Shown: positions 57,093-64,000 of the stretch, in pieces
How positions within the stretch are numbered: the stretch's first letter is position 1
Layout: each line of letters begins with the position of its first letter
Virus record (IMG/VR): IMGVR_UViG_3300043418_000072
Location: 1 to 64,000 of that record
DNA: 64,000 nucleotides
Direction: 5' to 3' (one strand)
Translations under genes and position numbers: made by a program
The notes under the pieces: model-generated
Database searches by the model: none
What the model saw: the letters and a program-made list of their open reading frames with translations, nothing else
Told to the model about the DNA's origin: nothing

Positions 57093-58545
57093 CGCAGCCG
57101 CAACAGTGTTAGACGAAGATGGGAACATCCTTTTCGCCAGTCATTCCGAAAGATATAGTAAGTCAAAGTCGGATGCTAATTTCTGTAGTCCACTTATTCG
57201 TAAGCTCGAGGAATACAATCCCATTCAGACCGTGGCTTATTACGAACGTCCTATATATAAGCAGCTACGTCAGGCTTATGCAGGACAAGGATTTGAGTGG
57301 GATAAGCTCAGCGTTAAGAAACTTGTGCATAAGCAGATTGGTCATGCCAAGTGGTGGGATCTTGCCCACTACAAAAACTACAACCATCACCTTAGCCATG
57401 CAGCAGCGGGATTTCAAACAAGCGATTTTAACAGAGCAACCGTGGTCGTTATTGATGCCATTGGGGAGTTTGAAACAACCACTATATGGGGAGCTGAATA
57501 CATTAACGGTAAGGCAACGTATAAAAAACTTTGGCAACAGAATTACCCACATTCAATCGGACTCTTTTATAGTGGAGTTACTCAGCGGGTTGGCCTACGC
57601 CCACTAGACGAAGAATACATTCTAATGGGCATGGCTGCTTATGGTAATCCGGTGCAAACTAGCAATAGTATGCGTTATGACTTAATCGATGATGAATGGG
57701 AGATTAAGTTTAAAGAAAACATGCACATAGGACTTTCGCAAAAGTATCTATGTGATTTTAAAGACTATGATCTAGCGGCCGGCGCTCAAGACTTAGCAGA
57801 GGATTTAATTCTCAATGTTATGGTTCGAGCAAAGCAATTTAAGTGGAGTGACAATCTTGTATACATGGGCGGGTGCGCTTTAAACTGTGCAGCAAATGCA
57901 CGTATAGGAAACTACTTTGAGAATATATGGATTATGCCTAACCCTGGCGATGCTGGCAGTAGCCTTGGTGCTGCTGCTTTGGCTTATGGGGGTGCCCTTA
58001 ACTGGAGAGACGCTTATCTCGGGCATGATATTCCTGGGCCTTACCCTGTTAACAACATTTTGGACGAGTTACTTACTCGGCAAATTGTGGGAGTGGCTTC
58101 CGGGCGAGCCGAATTCGGACCAAGGGCACTTGGAAACAGAAGCCTGCTTGCAGATCCTAGAGGCAGCGAGATTAAGGAGAAAGTAAATGACATTAAACGT
58201 AGACAACAATTCAGACCATTTGCGCCCGTTATTTTGGAAGAACTGGCTGATACTTACTTTGATATGCCTCGCGGTTTCGAGCATAGTAGGTATATGCAGT
58301 CAGTCGCTCGTTGCAGGGTACCTGACTTATTTCCTGCTATCGTTCACGCTGACGGGACTAGTCGTGTCCAGACAGTGCCGAAAGATGGAAGCGGCATTAG
58401 AGAGCTGCTCGAGAAGTGGTATGTAATGACCGGATGCCCTATGCTGTTAAACACAAGCCTTAACATTCGTGGGGAACCAATGGTAAACGATCGTGCAGAC
58501 GCCGACCGCTTTGAACAATTATACAGCGTAAAGGTCTGTTCATGA
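57058..58545 (+). CDS. O-carbamoyltransferase (NodU/CmcH/TobZ family)
   Basis: ILGISAGYHDAAA, HHLSHAAAG, IDAIGE, GGCALNC, GDAGSSLGAA, EFGPRALGNRS, FRPFAP, HADGTSRVQTV, LLNTSLN. Confidence 0.93.
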   Translation: MNILGISAGYHDAAATVLDEDGNILFASHSERYSKSKSDANFCSPLIRKLEEYNPIQTVAYYERPIYKQLRQAYAGQGFEWDKLSVKKLVHKQIGHAKWWDLAHYKNYNHHLSHAAAGFQTSDFNRATVVVIDAIGEFETTTIWGAEYINGKATYKKLWQQNYPHSIGLFYSGVTQRVGLRPLDEEYILMGMAAYGNPVQTSNSMRYDLIDDEWEIKFKENMHIGLSQKYLCDFKDYDLAAGAQDLAEDLILNVMVRAKQFKWSDNLVYMGGCALNCAANARIGNYFENIWIMPNPGDAGSSLGAAALAYGGALNWRDAYLGHDIPGPYPVNNILDELLTRQIVGVASGRAEFGPRALGNRSLLADPRGSEIKEKVNDIKRRQQFRPFAPVILEELADTYFDMPRGFEHSRYMQSVARCRVPDLFPAIVHADGTSRVQTVPKDGSGIRELLEKWYVMTGCPMLLNTSLNIRGEPMVNDRADADRFEQLYSVKVCS

Positions 58546-58745
58546 CTGACGCAACTAGTAGAAGTATTGCTAAGACTATTAGTTGGAGAGTAACTGGTAC
58601 CGCATCAACTTTATTGATATCGTATTTGGTACTTGGGAATCTTCAAATAGCTGGCGCAATAGCATCAACACAATTAGTAATTAATACTGTGTTATATTTT
58701 ATGCACGAACGTGCCTGGAATAAAATTAGATGGGGTAGAGAATGA
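58542..58745 (+). CDS. Small membrane protein (DUF2061-like)
   Basis: RSIAKTISWR...YFMHERAWNKIRWG. Confidence 0.8.
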   Translation: MTDATSRSIAKTISWRVTGTASTLLISYLVLGNLQIAGAIASTQLVINTVLYFMHERAWNKIRWGRE

Positions 58746-59164
58746 CTAAAAAGATTTTAATATTTGGGTTGCCGGGCAGTGGCAAAAGTACGCTAGCTAA
58801 ACCATTTGCAGAGCTAATTGGTGGTGTGTGGCTTAACGCAGATGCAGTTCGTGACGAATACAATGACTGGGATTTTACTCCCGAAGGTCGTATGCGTCAA
58901 GCAATGCGTATGAAATATCTAGCCGACGGCGTAGTTAAGGCCGGTAAGATTGCAGTAGCTGATTTTGTATGCCCTACTGAAGCAGCAAGAGCAGAATTTG
59001 ATGCTGAGTTTACAGTGTGGATGGACACTATCACCGAAGGTAGATTTGAAGACACTAATAAACTATTTGAAAAGCCTGCCTACTGTGATTATCATGTTAG
59101 CACTTGGTTTGATGATACACACAAGCAACTAGCAGAAGTAGTTGCAAAGTACATGAAGCATTAA
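58742..59164 (+). CDS. cysC: Adenylylsulfate (APS) kinase-like protein
   Basis: GLPGSGKST P-loop, LNADAVR, DWDFTPEGRMRQ and FEKP. Coupled to the DUF2061-like gene. Confidence 0.75.
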   Translation: MTKKILIFGLPGSGKSTLAKPFAELIGGVWLNADAVRDEYNDWDFTPEGRMRQAMRMKYLADGVVKAGKIAVADFVCPTEAARAEFDAEFTVWMDTITEGRFEDTNKLFEKPAYCDYHVSTWFDDTHKQLAEVVAKYMKH

Positions 59165-60279
59165 AGCGGAATGGCAAATCGTAGATTGTCAGTTAGTTCA
59201 CACCAAGCTGCATCCAAGAAGTCTTGGCTGTAGAATCGATTATAGTTGTAAGAGAGCACATCCTGCATTTCTTTAAGCATACGCTCTAACTGCTTGTCTG
59301 TCTTTTTGCAGATAGTTTCTAATACATCTGCAACAGCTTTTAGTCGCAGCACAGGATCCTCAATATCGTCGTAACTTTCGTCCCACCATTGGCTAAATGT
59401 TTCAAATCCGTATTCGCGTAAATACTTTAAGTTGTGAGCAGGCCCAACAAGTAAGAATGGCATTTGGCTCACAATAGGTTTGAATATCTTTTCAGTTAGG
59501 TGATGTTTACGATCCCAGAAACAAGTTTCGGTAACCACGTACACAAAACTCTCTTGAGTCTCTGGTACTGCACTTAACACAAAGCTATGATTAGGAATTG
59601 AATCCCGGTCTTTGTAATCAACACGTAACGGTAATGGTGCCGTTGAAATATTTGCAATGGCTTTGTTCGCTGCATCCCATGATATTAACCAATTTGATGC
59701 CGCAGATGATAAGTTGTCTACGTATGTTCCGCCATCTGGGCAAGTATCGTTATAACTAACATGCCCTTTGCTTAGGATATTGCGTTCGATTAGTTCACTA
59801 ATCAACAAACTTCTATAAACCCTTGAATTACTAGTGAGTCTATTAAATGTCACATACTTCTTTTTTATTGTTCTATCTACTGGTATTGTTAATCTGCTAT
59901 CGTAGCTGTATCCGCGGAACCAATCATGTGCGGCAAACACATGATGAAAGTAATACACAACCTCCCAACCGTAACGAGCACGAATCTCTTCAACGCCACT
60001 ACTTTCCTTTTCCGTAGTGACAAGAACAAAAGGGCCACTCATGTTATCTCTAATGTAGTCAAACAATCTAAAATTGTACGCACCATAGATAGGTTCTTGG
60101 TCATAAAAGATAAACAATGGGTCGCCGTTATTGGGCAAATGACTCATATCCTTTGCTAGCACTTCGATGTTTTCCGGTTGACTTGACCCAAATGGGTGTA
60201 GGTATAATACCCTTGGTTGTGCTACAATAGTAGACAAGAAGTGATAGATGTTTTCGTAATGACTGTTAAGATTATACAT
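59161..60279 (-). CDS. Putative glycosyltransferase (GT-B/GT10-like C-terminus)
   Basis: YVVTET...LTEKIFKPI...PFLLVG...LREYGFETF recalls the TEK motif of fucosyltransferase-like GT10 domains. Confidence 0.55.
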   Translation of the reverse strand: MYNLNSHYENIYHFLSTIVAQPRVLYLHPFGSSQPENIEVLAKDMSHLPNNGDPLFIFYDQEPIYGAYNFRLFDYIRDNMSGPFVLVTTEKESSGVEEIRARYGWEVVYYFHHVFAAHDWFRGYSYDSRLTIPVDRTIKKKYVTFNRLTSNSRVYRSLLISELIERNILSKGHVSYNDTCPDGGTYVDNLSSAASNWLISWDAANKAIANISTAPLPLRVDYKDRDSIPNHSFVLSAVPETQESFVYVVTETCFWDRKHHLTEKIFKPIVSQMPFLLVGPAHNLKYLREYGFETFSQWWDESYDDIEDPVLRLKAVADVLETICKKTDKQLERMLKEMQDVLSYNYNRFYSQDFLDAAWCELTDNLRFAIPL

Positions 60280-62725
60280 GTTTGACGTATTTTATTATGG
60301 CCGCAAGCCAAACCTATTTGAATTTGAACAATATGCGCCGAGCATAGAAGCAGCAGCGGCCAAGTGTGAAACTGGGTACTACTGGTATATTTATGGGGGC
60401 AACGATTACACTGGGTTTGATTTCAATTGGCGTCCTGCGCCGTGGGAACACAGCCATCTGCATGTATGGCCTAGTCAACATCAGCGATGCGGTGATGTAT
60501 TTCTTGCGCACGTAGATACCTATGCGCATAAACAATATCACTTTAGAGCTGAACAATCAATTAAACGTTTACCTTATCCTGCGGGATGGACAATACCCGA
60601 TTACATTGATCAGAACTCTGTGGACCTAACGTGGCACCCGGACACCACCGAAGGCAACTTCACTTATCACTTTCCTAGCCAACATCAAAGTGCAAGCGGC
60701 GTCTACTACACCATGTTGCATACAACTGGCATCAAGTTCGGTAGTGCGTTTACGGTTACAGCATTAGCAGACAAAACTCATTGGGTAGTCCCAGAAGAGA
60801 TTAACGAATCAACAGTTGATTTTAGTTGGCATCCAAATCCGCTTGATCCGCCTTACGAGTATCACTTCGGTAGTGACTACCAACAAAGCATTGGATTAAC
60901 TTACACAGTATCTGGCGCAACCAACATCAGCTTTGCGGGCCCAATGCCTACTCTCGGGTATCACAAATTAACTGCAATGCAAGTGCTGGATATTTTCTTC
61001 ATTGATAAAGGCAACCCGACTGCACAAGTTCGTTACGATAGACTTAACGAACTGCACAATGTCACGAAGGTGCGTTATGCTAACAGCATGATGGACACAA
61101 TCAAGCGATGTGTTGCACGAAGCAAGACCAATAAGTTTTGGGTAGTTAGCAGCGAGTATGACTACACTGGCTTTGACTTCCGTTGGCACGCCGAGCCATG
61201 GCAACAGTATATGACCCATGTGTTTCCAAGTCAGCACAACAAATGGAGTGACACATTCCTAATCAACAAGTGGGAATTCAATCGCCATGCAGAGTGGGCA
61301 AAAGATATAGAAGAGTTTCCTAACTTGAATTTTGTGCCTGACCAAAGTGTAGTTAAACCCGATACCAACTGCAACATGTACTTCGTAGATCACGGCAATC
61401 CCGAAAGCGATATTGATTACACTGCAATGTTAGCTATAGTTCCCGATCTAGTAAAAACACGCTTTGCAAACACCTACCTTGATACCTTTAAGCGTATCAT
61501 GCAAAACGCAGACACTGAGTATGTGTGGATTCTCAACAGCATCTGCGATTACTGGCTATTTGACTTCTCGTGGGAACCAGAGCCGTGGCAACGCGAAATG
61601 ATACACTGCTTCTCTAATGAGTCAGCATCGGTGATATCCAAAGATCAACGTGGCGACACATTCTACATACATGTTGAATCATTTAAAAAGCAAATGATTG
61701 AGCTGGAGTTACTGGATTGGTTTAATGTAATCAATTACATAGATGGGCACGAGGTAAAGCGTTATCCTGTACCAGCAGTATATTACAACTCGGACAACCT
61801 AATAGAAGCAATCAAGAATCATAACTTTACTACTCCGTATGCCTTGTTCACAAAGGACTCGCAACACAAAGGCATGATCGGAAATACCACATGCCTGTGG
61901 ACTGAGAAGGATCGTATTGCCATTGACGTTAGTGCAGACAAAAGCACCAGCTTGATTCCCCGCGATGTTAAGAAGTATATCAAGACTCAAGTATACGATT
62001 ACCCACACCTTGTGGAACATCCTCGCCTACGTAATATGCGGGCAGTGAAGGACTTGGACATTGTGTTTATCAGCAATGGCGAGCCAGACGAACAAAAATG
62101 GTTTGAGCATACTGAGTACATGAGTAACCGCGATGTAAAATGGATTCGTGGGGTTAATGGGCGTGTTGCTGCATATCAAGCCGCAGCTAATGCCAGCACA
62201 ACAGATTGGTTTCTAGCAGTGTTTGCCAAGCTAGAAGTAGTTGGCAATAGAGATATCTGGGAGTTCCGCCCGGACTATTGGCAAGGTCCCAAGCATTACA
62301 TCTTTAACGCACAGAATCCTGTCAATGGACTAGTATACGGACACCAAGGAATGATTGCCTACAATAAGAGCCTTGTTTTAGCAAATAACGACCCTGGAAT
62401 TGACTTTACCCTGTCACAACCGCACGAATCGGTGCCTATTCTTAGCGGGGTAGCACACTATAACCAAGACGCTTGGACCACATGGCGCACAGCCTTTAGA
62501 GAGGTGTTAAAGCTGCGATTGTTTATGGACACACAGCCTACACTGGAAACTGAGCATAGACTGGAAATATGGCGCACAGTTGCGGCAGGCAACTACAGCA
62601 ACTACAGCATCGATGGTGCTAACGATGCCGTTGCGTACTATGAAGAAGTACAGGGTGATTTAGCAAAGCTACAGTTGAGCTTTGAATGGGCGTGGCTACG
62701 TGCCCGTTACGATGCTAAATACTGA
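60278..62725 (+). CDS. Multi-module protein of tandem degenerate GT-A-like units
   Basis: Five DFxWxP..W...HxF repeats. C-terminal unit aligns with 46444 (DIVFISNGEP...AAYQAAANASTTDWF...AWTTWRTAFREVLK) but lacks DxD. Confidence 0.6.
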   Translation: MFDVFYYGRKPNLFEFEQYAPSIEAAAAKCETGYYWYIYGGNDYTGFDFNWRPAPWEHSHLHVWPSQHQRCGDVFLAHVDTYAHKQYHFRAEQSIKRLPYPAGWTIPDYIDQNSVDLTWHPDTTEGNFTYHFPSQHQSASGVYYTMLHTTGIKFGSAFTVTALADKTHWVVPEEINESTVDFSWHPNPLDPPYEYHFGSDYQQSIGLTYTVSGATNISFAGPMPTLGYHKLTAMQVLDIFFIDKGNPTAQVRYDRLNELHNVTKVRYANSMMDTIKRCVARSKTNKFWVVSSEYDYTGFDFRWHAEPWQQYMTHVFPSQHNKWSDTFLINKWEFNRHAEWAKDIEEFPNLNFVPDQSVVKPDTNCNMYFVDHGNPESDIDYTAMLAIVPDLVKTRFANTYLDTFKRIMQNADTEYVWILNSICDYWLFDFSWEPEPWQREMIHCFSNESASVISKDQRGDTFYIHVESFKKQMIELELLDWFNVINYIDGHEVKRYPVPAVYYNSDNLIEAIKNHNFTTPYALFTKDSQHKGMIGNTTCLWTEKDRIAIDVSADKSTSLIPRDVKKYIKTQVYDYPHLVEHPRLRNMRAVKDLDIVFISNGEPDEQKWFEHTEYMSNRDVKWIRGVNGRVAAYQAAANASTTDWFLAVFAKLEVVGNRDIWEFRPDYWQGPKHYIFNAQNPVNGLVYGHQGMIAYNKSLVLANNDPGIDFTLSQPHESVPILSGVAHYNQDAWTTWRTAFREVLKLRLFMDTQPTLETEHRLEIWRTVAAGNYSNYSIDGANDAVAYYEEVQGDLAKLQLSFEWAWLRARYDAKY

Positions 62726-63565
62726 ATGCGAATTAATGAAATTATAACCGAAGCAACTAACCCCGATATTCATCACTCAGAGTTCAAGCACGAGCAAGAG
62801 ATTGGGGGACTACTGTATAAGGCCGAAGCAGATAACAACTCAGGCTACGGTACTACACTAGTCATTACAGTATACAATGGTAGAAAACAAATTGCGTCGA
62901 CTGAATTCATTATAGACGAAGACCACAATTCACTAGTTAGTGCAAACACCTGGGTTTTGCCCAAGTACCAAGATCGGGGTGTAGCTACCACAATGTATGC
63001 TTATGCTAAGATGTTGGGCAACGACATTGTTCCGAGCAGGATACAAACAGATCAGGGCAACAGCATGTGGCGCTCATGGAATCAATCCAAACAAAGCAAA
63101 CACATTCTGCCCCGTGGTCACAAAGGCTACAACGAAGATACAGTGGGCCAATCTCTTGCTGAACTATTTGAGCCTGGTAAAGACTACAAATGGAGTTTCA
63201 CTGGCAGTGAAGAAGCAGTAGCAGTATTCCACATTGGCGAAGTGCCCTATCAATTCCATGCCTATACCTATCCCGGAGAGAATGGTACGTGGGAAGTGGA
63301 GTTTAAAAATGCCGAACGTGGACGCGGCCGCACTACTAAATTTGGATTAACTGGGACTGGTAATTCAGCTGAAGTAATGTCCACTATCACTGATATTATG
63401 CGTGAGTTCTTGCAGCGTTATCAAGGTAAAGTAACAGCACTCACATTCACAGCAGACGAACAGTCACGTCAATCGTTGTATGCTAGAATGGCCAAACGTT
63501 TATTACCAACGTGGCAGTTAACACAAACCGATAAGCAGTTTATATTAACTGCGCCTGCTAACTAA
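62726..63565 (+). CDS. Putative virion-packaged protein with GNAT acetyltransferase-like domain
   Basis: N-terminal MRINEIITEA; VLPKYQDRGVATTMY acetyl-CoA motif A; QTDQGNSMW; TAAATA box (62716-62721) 4 nt before the ATG. Confidence 0.6.
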   Translation: MRINEIITEATNPDIHHSEFKHEQEIGGLLYKAEADNNSGYGTTLVITVYNGRKQIASTEFIIDEDHNSLVSANTWVLPKYQDRGVATTMYAYAKMLGNDIVPSRIQTDQGNSMWRSWNQSKQSKHILPRGHKGYNEDTVGQSLAELFEPGKDYKWSFTGSEEAVAVFHIGEVPYQFHAYTYPGENGTWEVEFKNAERGRGRTTKFGLTGTGNSAEVMSTITDIMREFLQRYQGKVTALTFTADEQSRQSLYARMAKRLLPTWQLTQTDKQFILTAPAN

Positions 63566-64000
63566 AGAACTTTTTGATTGTGCGAACCACATGTTCGACT
63601 TCGCTATCAGTCATTTCGGGGTAGATAGGCAAGCTCATACATTCGCGTGTATATGCACTTGATTCTCTAAAGAATTCATTCATATAGTCGGTGTATTCGT
63701 AACCAACTGGCAATTCAAACAATGGCTTGTCGTAGTGTATCTTTGTTTCGATGCCTGCGTCACGCATATACTGCATCAATGCGTGTCGGTTACTTAGGCG
63801 AATAACAAACTTGTGCCATGCGTGTACAACATCGTCATTGGGCAGTAGCACATCTACGTAAGACACAAGGTTCTCAATATAGTACTCAGCAATGGCTGTT
63901 CTACGCTTTTGCCAATCATCAAAGTGCTTGAGCTTCACTAACATTTGAGCACAATCACTTTCACTCATTCTACTGTTAGTCCCGGGGATTTGATGCCCGC
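63558..64000 (-). CDS. DegT/DnrJ/EryC1/StrS sugar aminotransferase, 3' part (open to the window end)
   Basis: The frame stays open past 63968 (GHQIPGTNSRMSE...). Motifs LVKLKHFDDW..RR, HAWHKF, GIETKIHY and MSLPIYPEM. Confidence 0.85.
   Translation of the reverse strand, partial: GHQIPGTNSRMSESDCAQMLVKLKHFDDWQKRRTAIAEYYIENLVSYVDVLLPNDDVVHAWHKFVIRLSNRHALMQYMRDAGIETKIHYDKPLFELPVGYEYTDYMNEFFRESSAYTRECMSLPIYPEMTDSEVEHVVRTIKKFFS

Noticed and set aside
60178-60208. TTGACT...TATAAT sigma70-like promoter inside the 59161 gene
   Set aside because: Spacer is 19 nt (or 14 nt with the second TTGAC), outside the optimum. Not called without TSS data.
15924-63221. Longer antisense or alternate-frame ORFs (e.g. 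15924-16379, 20538-21014, 32977-33471, 55176-55691, 57119-57607)
   Set aside because: Fully nested in well-supported genes, with no promoters, SD or motifs.
1-64000. Stop-codon reassignment
   Set aside because: Genes are intact and densely packed in the standard code, including a 12 kb ORF. TAA, TGA and TAG all end credible genes.
1-64000. CRISPR array, tRNA genes, diversity-generating retroelement, inteins
   Set aside because: No repeat-spacer pattern, cloverleaf, reverse transcriptase, template/variable repeat pair or intein motifs were seen by eye. A tRNAscan/CRISPR/intein search would confirm.

Overview
A 64 kb segment of a large T4-like (myovirus-type) tailed phage genome read in the standard genetic code. 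No host housekeeping genes, tRNAs or CRISPR arrays were seen. Left part (1-6.3 kb): prohead core genes, portal, a GIY-YIG homing endonuclease, tape measure and a hub-chaperone gene pair. A ~506-nt non-coding element closed by a perfect 10-bp inverted repeat follows. Next comes a minus-strand operon (6.8-14.7 kb): gp55-like late sigma, an inserted unknown gene, gp47, HNH endonuclease, gp46, two radical SAM enzymes and a small GIY-YIG nuclease. The middle (14.7-44.1 kb) is a plus-strand baseplate/tail-fibre module: gp53, hub, gp5 spike with three wall-hydrolase domains, gp25, gp6, a 3992-aa wedge protein and fibres. The right part (44.2-64 kb) is a ~20 kb tailoring cluster with glycosyltransferases, five tandem radical SAM enzymes, a sulfotransferase, APS kinase, carbamoyltransferase, two SGNH proteins and a DegT aminotransferase. 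Best leads: (1) the large structured RNA candidate directly downstream of the small GIY-YIG nuclease; (2) the radical-SAM/glyco/sulfo/carbamoyl cluster; (3) a likely -1 programmed frameshift in the gp26/gp51 pair; (4) an HNH cassette that duplicated the 5' end of gp46; (5) a capsid-targeted GNAT effector. All functional calls come from motif recognition by eye; no database searches or folding programs were run.
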